From Prasinococcaceae sp. CCMP 1430 (taxonomy: Eukaryota; Plantae; Prasinodermophyta): 64,000 nt of DNA. Location of the stretch: the NCBI GenBank assembly GCA_013416795.1, contig RQSC01001045.1, positions 41,312 to 105,311 on the forward strand. The letters run 5' to 3'. Below the pieces are notes generated by a model, which worked only from the letters and a program-made list of their open reading frames with translations, was not told where the DNA came from and did not search any database. Both the position numbers and the translations under genes were made by a program. Positions 41,901-50,494 of the stretch are shown one piece after another; within the stretch, counting starts at the first letter, position 1; each line of letters starts with the position of its first letter.

Positions 41901-44900
41901 GCGCTGGAGAAATGCATGCGCGCTGAGCGCGGGCGGGAAGCTGCCATAAATGAGGCCCGCGCCGCTGCTGCGGCTACCGAGCGCATCCGCAGGAGGCGCC
42001 AGGCTGACAAGACGGCGTCAAGTGAGCGGGAAGGCGCCGCTTTCGCCGAGATACAAGATCTACGTGCCAAGCTCGAAGCCGCACTCGACCGTGCGGCAGT
42101 GATCGAGGAAGACGCACGCCTCTATGCGTCGGGGGCAGTGGACTCAGGCGATGGCGGTGCCCGTCGTGCAGACGAGGTGATCACGCCAAGACTTTCGCGC
42201 GAGCTCGAGCAGCGTCGCGAGCTGTCTCAAAAGCGGCGAGCACTTACGCACGACTTTGTCGAGCTCCAGCATGAGGAGTCGCGAGCCGTTCGTGACAGCA
42301 TGGAGGCGGAGTTCAAGGCCAGGCTCGCTGAGGTCGTCACCAAGCACCGCAGCGCTGCTAAGGAGGGGGCCTCCAAGCAAAAGGCCGCTATCGAGAAGAT
42401 GCGCGCGAGGCTGGCTTCCGCGGAACGCCAGCGTGATGAGCTCGAGTTGACGCTTACACTTGCGCAGGATGCTCTAGACAGGGAGAAGGAAGCGGCCCTT
42501 ACGGCGCAGCGCCATGCAGAAGCCGCTGAACTCGCGGCTGCGCGTGCGGAGCGCGCACAGGACGCGGTCACTTCTGGCGTGGAGGCAGATGGTGCGCGCA
42601 CCGAGACGACGCTTGAGCACGTCCAAGACGCGATGGATGTCCTGGAGGCGCGACTCCAGGAGGCCGAGGCGCGTGCTAGGCAGGCTGAGGCCCACATTGA
42701 ATCCGTCGAGGAGCAAGCCCACGCGCACGAGCGTGCTCGACTGGAAGCCGAGTCCAACGCAAAGGGGCTTCAGGTGCGCGCCGGTATCGCTGCGGAGCAA
42801 GCGAAGGCAGCCGAGGGCCGAGCTGATGAGCTGCAACAGCGCCTCGATGTACTGAGCGCCCGGGAAAAGCTCGCAACCGCCAGCACTGTGGGTGCGCCCC
42901 CTGAATCCGTCGCGGTGGCGTACGATGGGGGCCCATCGAACGGGAGCGTTGCGCAGCTAGTACAGGAGCTTGCGGTGGCGCGGGCGGAGGTCGTGCGGCT
43001 ACAGGCAGAGCGCGCTGACCTTGAGAAGGCTGTGAACGAAGCAACGACGGCGGCGGCGGCTCTGAGCGCCCAGCGGATCGCGGCGACGGAGCATGCAGTG
43101 GCTGAGGCGACAGAGGCTGAGAGGCGAAAGGCGTCTGTGACTCTCCAAGAAGCGGCGGCTGAGCTCGAGGCGACGAAGGCGAGTGAGGCGGCGGCGGATG
43201 CTCGTGCTACCGAGTACGAGAGTGCCCTGGCTGGCGCGCGTGCTGAGGTGGAAAGGCTCGGAGCTATGCTACAAGCATCTGAGGACGAGGTGGAAAGTCT
43301 CCGAGTTCAGCTGAAAGAAGCGATAGCACAGGACATGCGTGCGAGCGCAGAGGCTGAAGCGTCCCTCCGCGCTGCCAAGGTGGAGGTGGCGGAGGCCCTC
43401 GCTGCGCTGGACTGCTCGGACGCGGAGGTGCTTGACCTTCGCTCGAAGTTGACTGCCGCCACCGCAGCGGCCAGCGATGCACGTGTGGAGGCTGACGAGC
43501 TCTCCCAGCAACTGGAGTCAGCGAGACAGGCTGCAGATGATGCGAGGGTCACGGCTGCTGACACTCTCGCAGAAGCTGCTAGTTGGTGCGAAAGTGCCGC
43601 CGCCGAGGCGCAGCTGCGCGGCGAAGTGGCGCGTCTAAACGGTCAGCTGGAGGATGCCGAAGTTGAAGCTCGGCAGGGCTCTGAGCGAGCGACGGAGCTC
43701 TCTGTCGAACTCAATGACGTGCGCGCGCGTGCCCATGGGATCGAGGAGGAACTCGCTCGTGCGAAGGGCGAGCTCAAACGTACTGAGGTGACCAAGGAAA
43801 GAGCTGAGGCTGAAAAACGAAGGGCGCAAGATGAGCTCACTCGCATGCAGGCCGCAGAGGACGGCTTGCAGTGCTCACTGGCGCAGGCGTGCGCTGCTAA
43901 GAAGGCGGCCGAAAGTGAGCAGAAACGAATCCGGATCGAGCTCGAGCAAGCGTTGTCTGCGCGGGACGACGCTGTCGGCAGGGTGACCGTGCTCGAGGCA
44001 GAAGTGATGCGCCTGAGCATTGAATGCAACGAAGCCATGGATGCGAAGGGGGAGCGCGCGCGCGCCCTTGTGGAGCAACAGGCGCTTCAAGCGGATCTTC
44101 ATCTGGCCAATCAGGCCTCGGAGTCGCTGAAGTCTGACTTGCTGGAGATTCGCGAGCGAGAGCGGAAGCTGCTAGGCGAAATTTCGGCCCTTCACACCCA
44201 GGCGGCCGAAGCGAGGAGCGCTGCTAGCGAGCAGCATGCAGAGCTCGTGCGCGAAAGGAATGAGGCCATCGATGCGGCGACGGCCACCCTCGAGACACTT
44301 CGCTACGAGCGAGCACGATGTTCGGCACTGCGCGCGTCGTATCTACGCCGCGGTGGTGCAATCCGACGACGGCTGCGTATGGAGCTTAGGTCTGCGTGTG
44401 AGGAGGCTCTTGCGGCCAGGCAGGCCATCGCTGTTGCTGACTCCATATCGAGCAAGGCCGAGCGTGCGGCGCGCGATGCCGAAGATGCGCAGCGTGCGCT
44501 GTCGGCGGAGCTTGCCAGCGTCCGCGAGGCGCGCGATGAGGCCGCTGCGCAGGCCGACGTCGCCCTCCGGCGTCTTGAAAGGGCCAACAAGAGCCACGAC
44601 AAGGCGCTGCAGGGTTTGCATCAGCGGCTCACGAAGGCCGATGCGGGTCTGCGGGCGGCGAATCGCGCAGCTGAGATAGCACGAGACGACAGCGCGAGGC
44701 TTGCTCGCGAGGCGCAGGACGCTCAAAGCTTGGCGACTGCTGCGAACGATGCGCGCGCATCGTCTGACCAGACGGCTGGCGAGGCGAGGCAGCGCGCTGA
44801 GGAGGCGGAGGCAAGATTGGCGCAGGCTGAGGCTGCGAGCGTTCAAGCTCACGCTGAGGTCGCATCTCTTCGCCTGCGCGTCGAGGAGCTGGAGAACTCT

Positions 44901-47216
44901 CTCCTGCGAGCCGACTCTGAGGCAGAGACCTTGCGGGAGAGCCTTTCGCACACCAAGGCCCAGCTCGCCAGGGTCCAGAACGATGCTGCGGCTATGGTTG
45001 CTGGTGCGAGCGAAGCTGCACAGCAGGCTGCCACCGAGATGCAAGAGATGTCTCTGCGGGCGGAAGATCGGCTCCACGCGCTCGAGAGGGAGCAAGAGTT
45101 GGAGGTCTCGGATCTGCGCAAGTCCATTGCGTCATTGCGAGACGAGCGAGCGAGGACAAAGACGGCGCTTGCTCGTGCAATGGAGGAGATTGAGGAGCAG
45201 AAACGCACCAACGCAGCCGCAGTGGCCACCCTTCACGAGCGCGTCCATGTCTCTGCAACGCAGGTAGCTGCGTCGAAGGCGGAAGTACGTGCGATCGAGA
45301 GACGCGTCGCCGAGGCGCAAGCGGACGCGCGTGACAGGCGTAGGGCGGCGGCCGAGGCAGTCGCCGCTGCGAAGGCTCGCCTTGATCGCGAGCGCGAGGG
45401 CGCGAAAGCCGCCGCATCGGAGGCTGAGGAGCAAGTGGCTGCACTGAGGCAGAAGTGCGATGAGCTTGAAAAGCAGATTGCCCAGCAGGTTGCTGAGCAT
45501 GTCGCCCTAAACGAGGCCTATTCCAACGAAGTTGCTCGCGCCGAGGATGCGGTGGCGGCTGCGTCGGAGGCAGAGGCACGCCATTCCGTTGAGTTGTCGG
45601 TGGCAAGTGCGACCGCAAAGGAGGCGGAGGCGGCTGTCGAGGCAGCCGTCGGGGACGCTGCAGTCGAGCGCAAGGAGTTGCGTGCGGAACTGGAGGGCGC
45701 GCAAGCGAGCCTGGAGGAAAGCAGGGCCGCGCTTGCGACCGCGCGACAGGACGTCGCTGCCGCCGAGGCGAGCAGGGAGCGTGAACGCGCCGCGCATGAG
45801 GCCTCGCGCCTGGCACTCGAGGAGGCGCTCGAGCAGGCTCGCGCGAGCGCGGCAGAGGAGCACGCGAGGGCTAAGACGCAGCTCGACAACATCGGGCGCC
45901 GGCTGAGCATCGCGAAGCTCGCGACTGACGCTGAGCGCGGCGATCTCGAGCAGAGGCTTGCAGAGGCGCTGGAGGCAGCTAAACGGCACGTCGAAACGAG
46001 CGACGTTGCTGTGCTCACGGACGTTTGTACGCTGGCTACGGCGGATGTGCCGCCCTACGCGCGAGATGCGAACCTTTCTGTATCCACGAACGCCGTGGGC
46101 GTTGGCACTGAGGGAAGAGACGCTTTCCTCGTTGGCACTGTCACCCGTGGCACTGCCATGCCGCCCGCCCCGACCCTCGTCAACGCGGGCTCGCACGCGG
46201 TCGCCACGGCCGTGGCCGATGTCGGCGTCAGCACGGACGCAGTGGACCGGACTGACGCGGGTGCGGATGCGCGCGTGGTCGAGATGGTGTCCAGGGGAAT
46301 GGACGCCCGCAGTCTGGCTGCGTCCGTCAAGAACGTTGGCACAGACGCCCCCGAGGCGACCAAGATGGCGAACGCGCTCATCGGGACGGTGGCCGTCGAG
46401 GTCGCCAGCACGGGCAGCGAGACCGATGTCGTGAAGCGTTCGGTGGCGGCAACTGCAACGGACCCTCCTCCTCTTTCGACGGACGAGGCCGTGCAGGTCG
46501 ACATTGGCGCTGCGCGCGACGAGGAGCGTGCTGCGCGTTCGGCCGAGCTGGAGCGCATGCTGCTTGCAAAGGCCAGGGAGAGCGCCGCGGCGAGCAGACA
46601 GCTCGCCACCATGGAGTCGCGGCTGGCGGCGGCGCACGGCATCCTGAGCCACGCGCGTGCCAAGCTGACGAAGCCGAAGCTGCAGGCTGCAGGCACGCAA
46701 ACGCCGGGGCCGCCGACGCGACCCTCGACGGACGCAACCCCTGTGCACGCGCTGGTGCAGGTCGGCGCGCCCTCCACGCCGACGGTAGACACTGCGGAAG
46801 TGGAGCGGCTGCGCGCGACGATCGCGTCGGTGCGCGAGCAGGCCCTTGCAGTGCAGGAGGTGGACGCTGACGGTACCAATCTGCTCGCCGAGCTGTCGTC
46901 GGTGGCCGCCTCCGCCGCGACGAGCCCGCTGGTCCCGACGACTCGCGCGCGCAGCGCCGGCAGCGTTGTTGGCACGCCGGCGAGCGCGGGAGGCAGCGCG
47001 ACTGGCAGGGTGCGTGACGGCGTGCGCTGGTCTGCTCGTTTCACGCCCGCGCAGCAGCCGCAGCCGGAGGCACAGGCACAGGGAGAGAATGACCACGGGC
47101 AGCGCACGCCGCCGCGGCAGCATCTGCCGGCAGTCGCTCCGACGCTCGCCAGCGCCGCGGAGGCGTCTGTGAGCAAGCTGCGCACGGCGCTTCGCCGCGC
47201 GGTTGGCGGCGATTGA
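38925..47216 (+). CDS. Giant (2763 aa) intronless coiled-coil protein with disordered termini
   Basis: Uninterrupted 8.3-kb ORF. Ala/Glu/Arg heptad-rich central region of about 1700 aa. No catalytic motif recognised. Confidence 0.88.
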   Translation: MQPRSPTSWWAAGGFDEEEFAREASALASAVAAGPTPGPPPRGAVEHTVAAQSEVVGFSDRLEQASGDDPSPPASGIEGHLRTPDSGVQGGQGGSNSSGEAASSISPDVAAPTSQSEGRVRSVYNNLQFDAEVSSEGEADSVSGGTDPAAADADDCGGDRAEAEAASRPSGASGDGEATAAPRPAVGAATLVLMAAAAQSARTVASANTMLAGFTHGVEEDVEALRDHRHAIADGVAAAAKAAAADEVNVDSSSDEEGARAQSRSRSLQEQMKMAGEAGEEERALLVAITEAREQRVLSQRELRADAYEQAGELARRKKEATAGEDKENVGQGRRHKRPKCEHDTVVEASVSGAAIEDSEDADLAADSGGEVLSTEVSAAMARAELADADRQLRAAQAERDAVTSEVRDLHSTRSRLLDECTALRRLGAHERGVVSTSALAPEDCVEQDLVDARGRDACTGTDPVRSADACSQCDVDDPCMTGATTGGVECSARGPQSPVTSEASSEAALDSLQAEIDAADASLTHLRAKEAEQRETIVGLDRMIATMHMEHERLSAALSHESGPDQTPATCVDVALDAWPLVEGRRALVPDHELSQVNASVQTSDAKESACAPSTCDVAVDALPMPVLTTPTEEASAVIDADVVVAEARADVAAALAEVASLRRTHASELALQKAEFAEERATASARVESAMARKEAELRACIAERDSLRASVDDTSALRAELEACHQRMKADSLEVSARVTAFAMVSSAVRDKHAAQAVADTENALAAAKVEAVDAVRDRDLAVQLQKTADRRAAEAVACAEGMQSQLHVAQTELAALRAVGFASHSKLETAEAVLGAAHDKMAGLRQNESEAIMRLQAAEKGLATAKEEVHSLRMANESAEARLAKLEQDLSRARQEARTCKEEENKARARAADAEAEVVRVHGCDLRSMQGDALDRVAKAESAAAASVRKLRIATAGEDEALRRATEAEERLATARRQVEAAEEAAASALEKCMRAERGREAAINEARAAAAATERIRRRRQADKTASSEREGAAFAEIQDLRAKLEAALDRAAVIEEDARLYASGAVDSGDGGARRADEVITPRLSRELEQRRELSQKRRALTHDFVELQHEESRAVRDSMEAEFKARLAEVVTKHRSAAKEGASKQKAAIEKMRARLASAERQRDELELTLTLAQDALDREKEAALTAQRHAEAAELAAARAERAQDAVTSGVEADGARTETTLEHVQDAMDVLEARLQEAEARARQAEAHIESVEEQAHAHERARLEAESNAKGLQVRAGIAAEQAKAAEGRADELQQRLDVLSAREKLATASTVGAPPESVAVAYDGGPSNGSVAQLVQELAVARAEVVRLQAERADLEKAVNEATTAAAALSAQRIAATEHAVAEATEAERRKASVTLQEAAAELEATKASEAAADARATEYESALAGARAEVERLGAMLQASEDEVESLRVQLKEAIAQDMRASAEAEASLRAAKVEVAEALAALDCSDAEVLDLRSKLTAATAAASDARVEADELSQQLESARQAADDARVTAADTLAEAASWCESAAAEAQLRGEVARLNGQLEDAEVEARQGSERATELSVELNDVRARAHGIEEELARAKGELKRTEVTKERAEAEKRRAQDELTRMQAAEDGLQCSLAQACAAKKAAESEQKRIRIELEQALSARDDAVGRVTVLEAEVMRLSIECNEAMDAKGERARALVEQQALQADLHLANQASESLKSDLLEIRERERKLLGEISALHTQAAEARSAASEQHAELVRERNEAIDAATATLETLRYERARCSALRASYLRRGGAIRRRLRMELRSACEEALAARQAIAVADSISSKAERAARDAEDAQRALSAELASVREARDEAAAQADVALRRLERANKSHDKALQGLHQRLTKADAGLRAANRAAEIARDDSARLAREAQDAQSLATAANDARASSDQTAGEARQRAEEAEARLAQAEAASVQAHAEVASLRLRVEELENSLLRADSEAETLRESLSHTKAQLARVQNDAAAMVAGASEAAQQAATEMQEMSLRAEDRLHALEREQELEVSDLRKSIASLRDERARTKTALARAMEEIEEQKRTNAAAVATLHERVHVSATQVAASKAEVRAIERRVAEAQADARDRRRAAAEAVAAAKARLDREREGAKAAASEAEEQVAALRQKCDELEKQIAQQVAEHVALNEAYSNEVARAEDAVAAASEAEARHSVELSVASATAKEAEAAVEAAVGDAAVERKELRAELEGAQASLEESRAALATARQDVAAAEASRERERAAHEASRLALEEALEQARASAAEEHARAKTQLDNIGRRLSIAKLATDAERGDLEQRLAEALEAAKRHVETSDVAVLTDVCTLATADVPPYARDANLSVSTNAVGVGTEGRDAFLVGTVTRGTAMPPAPTLVNAGSHAVATAVADVGVSTDAVDRTDAGADARVVEMVSRGMDARSLAASVKNVGTDAPEATKMANALIGTVAVEVASTGSETDVVKRSVAATATDPPPLSTDEAVQVDIGAARDEERAARSAELERMLLAKARESAAASRQLATMESRLAAAHGILSHARAKLTKPKLQAAGTQTPGPPTRPSTDATPVHALVQVGAPSTPTVDTAEVERLRATIASVREQALAVQEVDADGTNLLAELSSVAASAATSPLVPTTRARSAGSVVGTPASAGGSATGRVRDGVRWSARFTPAQQPQPEAQAQGENDHGQRTPPRQHLPAVAPTLASAAEASVSKLRTALRRAVGGD

Positions 47217-47397
47217 ATGGGGGTTGTAATCACACGCACTGGAATCGCAAGGCGGTGGGAGTGGCCGCAGTAGCAGAGCGCGCAAGAGCGCGCCTCGCTG
47301 CGCGCGGGTCAAAGGCAGGAGGTTGGTGGCTTGTGTGCCGGAGATGCTAGTGCACTTGTATGCATTTTACGGACGGAGGGCACGGCAAACCCAAGCT

Positions 47398-47400
<3 letters not shown>

Positions 47401-47451
<51 letters not shown>
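47401..47451. repeat. Poly-G tract (51 nt) between convergent 3' ends
   Basis: Direct reading; length is unreliable in short-read assemblies. Confidence 0.9.
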
Positions 47452-47452
<1 letters not shown>

Positions 47453-47565
47453 GCAGGGTACGGAGGTGGTGTAGATAGACTCTTCTTGGTGCGTGACCGA
47501 AGGGCGCGCGCTTGCTTGCGCTGCCTTGTTATTGATGCCGTTGCATGCAGTGCCGCCGTCTCCGC

Positions 47566-50100
47566 TCAGACGGCGGCGTGCTCGACAGAGACCAGCTCGG
47601 TGTTGATCCACTTGCGCGCTCGCCTGTCCGATAGATTCAGAGGCCCGAACGCGCGCAACCTCTCCGCCTCCTCCTCGGGGATGAGTTCCTGCGGAAGGAA
47701 AGCGAACAGCGGCGCCGCTTCTCGCTCGACCTTGCCAGAGATCCTGGTGGTCGAGCCCACGACGAACTCGCCGTCGGACTGCCACGTGGGCGCCTTCGAC
47801 GGCGCCTCGGCGTTCTCCACGACGAACTCGGTCACGTCAGGCAGGCAGTCGAAAGACGGGTGACGCGCGTGCTCGCCCCGGCCTGCGCTCAGCTGGGACA
47901 GGAAGCGCAGGAACGAGAACCGGCTCGTCTTGCGCACCATCACCAGATTGGTGGTACCCGGGCGGCGCATTGCTGGGGTGAGGCCCGCGGGGCTCTTGTC
48001 GTTCTTCGTCTCCATCGCAGCGCCAAGCAGGTGGAAGCTGCCCTCGGCGGTGCGCCACTGCTCGCAGTTCCCGCCCATGCTCGCCGAACGGTAGCGCACG
48101 CGCGCGGCGTAGCTGCGCCCGCGAAAGAAGCACATGGCGCCTGCGAGATTCAAACGGGCCTTGCCGAGCCACCGCAGGCCCTCGCTTGACTCGACGGTGT
48201 CAGCGAACAGCCCGAGGCCCGCGAAGGACAGCGAGCGAGTCACGGCACCGTCGGCGGACGCCAGCCTCACGGCGTCAAGCATGCGGAAGCGCCCCAGCGC
48301 GACGCACGCCGCCGCCACCCTGGGCTCGCGCGTGCCGAGCACGCCGCACGCGACCGCGTCGGTCGATCCCGCCGGAATGACACCCAGGCGCAGCGGCGGC
48401 AGCGGAGGTGGCGCGCTGTCATCGACCGCCTTCTGGTCCGCCGCGTGCTTCTTGCTGGCCTCGATGGCCTCCGCGTAGCCCTCCATGAGCCCAGCAAAGG
48501 CCTCGCTCAGAATGCCGTCGCCGCCCACGACGACGAGGCCATCCCAGCCTGCCAACCCTGTGAGGTCCGCTTCGGCGGCCTCGGCGGCGATCTGCTTCGC
48601 CGTCTCGCGCACCGAGCCCTGTATGGGCACCTCGATCGGCCCGCACTCAGCCGCGCAAAGCACCTCCTCGGCCTGGGCCCACGCCCGTGGCCCGCTGCCG
48701 TCCCCAGATCTGCGGCCGACGAGGACCGCCAGCCTGCGCGGGCGAAGCTCGTCCGCGCGCAGCTCGGCGCGCGCGCGCTCGGCCCAGCGGCGACAGGTGT
48801 CGGTCCCGCCTTCCAGCCTCAGCGTCTCCACCATCGGCGTCATGGGGTTGGTGAGCACTTTGGCCGCCGGCACGATCACCGTCAGGGCTACGTACGCGTA
48901 CTCGAGCTCGAGGCTACCTGAATGGCGCTGCACGGCATACTCGACGCTCACCACGTTCTCGCGGAGGTCAAACTCGATCGGATGCATCACGCGCCCGGCG
49001 AGCGCCGCCATCATCGCGGCGCGCGGACTCTTCCCGCGCTCGGCCTCGTCAGATGCGGCGCGGGCGTGCCTCGCCTGCTGCAGCCTGCGCTTCGCCTGCC
49101 TGGCGTCCTCAGTCCCTGCCTCGGCCTGGGGCCTGGCTTCGCCGGCGGGCGGCGCCGCATCGAGGGGCGGCTCTGCTGCCGCGGCCGCGAGGTCATCCGG
49201 GTGCGCGTACTGCGCGCGCGGCGGCGACTCCGCCCCGCGCGCGCACTGCCAGCACCACAGGCAATACGGGCAGCATCCCACGACAGCCTCGACGTCGTCG
49301 TCCTCGTCGCCGCCTCCAGAGGTCAGCACCACCTTGCCATCCACAATCGTGGCCTCGACCGTGCGATCGGGACACGCGCACAGGCCCCCGCGCTGGAGCA
49401 CGAAGCGCTCCTTGTACGCCACCCGGCGCTTGGCAGTGCTGCTCGCGTCGGAGAGGGTCGAACTTTGCCTGGAGCCGAGCCGCATCGGGGCGCGGCGCGC
49501 GCGCATCTTGGCCGGCACGGCGGCCTGGAACGTCGCGTCGTCCTGCAGCCGGAGCCCGAGCTGCGCGGGCCGGGCATCTGCTGGCACTCGTTGCGATGGC
49601 GCGGGCGCGCGCCCCACCGCTACGGGCTCTCCTCCGGGCGCGGCGTCCTCGCCGGGCATCGAAGCGGCGAGGACAGCATCGTCGTCCGCGCTCGCGTCGT
49701 CATCGCTCGGCGCATGCAGCGGCGAGTCCGGCGAGTTCCGCTCGGCCTGTCGCACGTCGGCCAGCGGGCGCGGTTTGCCGGCCGGCGTGCGCGGCGGCTG
49801 CTCCTCGGCGGCGCCTGTGGCCTCCCGAGTTGGCTGTCGTCCCGGCGACGCCCTCGGGCTCGCAGGCGGCGCCTCGTCGCTTTCCTGCCCCCCGACCAGC
49901 GGCACGGCGTCTGCTCCACCTTCGGATTCGTCCTCCCCGGCCGCGTCGTCCGTGCCGCTGCCGCTGTTATATAGCATCTCGCTCCATCGGGCGCCCTCCC
50001 CGCCGGCGCCCTCCTCCTGCCAGCCGCGCGGCGTGACGACCTCCTCGTCGAACAAGAAGTCCTCCGAGCTGTCCGCGTACTCCGTCGTCTCCCCCTCCGC
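47566..50100 (-). CDS. CERK: Ceramide kinase-like lipid kinase (DAGK catalytic domain) with long acidic N-terminal extension; start uncertain (an ATG is at 49977)
   Basis: DGLVVVGGDGILSE, LRLGVIPAGSTDAVA (CERK-type), SFAGLGLFADTVESSEGLRWLG, SPAGLTP, WQSDGE. Confidence 0.85.
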   Translation of the reverse strand, partial: AEGETTEYADSSEDFLFDEEVVTPRGWQEEGAGGEGARWSEMLYNSGSGTDDAAGEDESEGGADAVPLVGGQESDEAPPASPRASPGRQPTREATGAAEEQPPRTPAGKPRPLADVRQAERNSPDSPLHAPSDDDASADDDAVLAASMPGEDAAPGGEPVAVGRAPAPSQRVPADARPAQLGLRLQDDATFQAAVPAKMRARRAPMRLGSRQSSTLSDASSTAKRRVAYKERFVLQRGGLCACPDRTVEATIVDGKVVLTSGGGDEDDDVEAVVGCCPYCLWCWQCARGAESPPRAQYAHPDDLAAAAAEPPLDAAPPAGEARPQAEAGTEDARQAKRRLQQARHARAASDEAERGKSPRAAMMAALAGRVMHPIEFDLRENVVSVEYAVQRHSGSLELEYAYVALTVIVPAAKVLTNPMTPMVETLRLEGGTDTCRRWAERARAELRADELRPRRLAVLVGRRSGDGSGPRAWAQAEEVLCAAECGPIEVPIQGSVRETAKQIAAEAAEADLTGLAGWDGLVVVGGDGILSEAFAGLMEGYAEAIEASKKHAADQKAVDDSAPPPLPPLRLGVIPAGSTDAVACGVLGTREPRVAAACVALGRFRMLDAVRLASADGAVTRSLSFAGLGLFADTVESSEGLRWLGKARLNLAGAMCFFRGRSYAARVRYRSASMGGNCEQWRTAEGSFHLLGAAMETKNDKSPAGLTPAMRRPGTTNLVMVRKTSRFSFLRFLSQLSAGRGEHARHPSFDCLPDVTEFVVENAEAPSKAPTWQSDGEFVVGSTTRISGKVEREAAPLFAFLPQELIPEEEAERLRAFGPLNLSDRRARKWINTELVSVEHAAV

Positions 50101-50109
50101 CGCTGCGGC

Positions 50110-50494
50110 GGTCGGCGCCGGCGGCGCGGCCGCGTCGCGGCCGTCGGCGGCAGTCGCCGGCGTCGAGGAGCCCGCCGCCGCGCCCGAGGCCGCCGCCGCC
50201 GAGGCGCCCAAGGACCCGCTCGCCGAGCTGGAGAAGGAGGCGAAGATGCTGTCCGCCGCCGACCTCAAGGCGCTGTCGTCCAAGTGGGACTTCGACGAGA
50301 GCGAGTACGACACCGACGCGCTCTACGCCGAGTTCGACAAGCTGCTCGGCGCGCAGGAGCTCAACTTCTCGGTCGGCGACCGCGTCAACGGCGTCGTCTA
50401 CAAGGTGGACTCGCGCGGCGCATTCGTCGACATCGGCGCCAAGGCGCCCGCGTACCTTCCCATCCAGGAGGTCGCCATCACCAAGCCCGCCAAG
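50110..50494 (+). CDS. PRPS1: Plastid ribosomal protein S1, first-exon fragment only (no ATG and no downstream exons found)
   Basis: FDKLLGAQELNFSVGDRVNGVVYKVDSRGAFVDIGAKAPAYLPIQEVAI is the first S1 domain of cyanobacterial/plastid bS1. GTGCGC donor at 50495. Confidence 0.8.

Noticed and set aside
47401-47451. Functional G-quadruplex element
   Set aside because: Pure homopolymer length is unreliable in short-read data and it may be a join point. There is no independent support.
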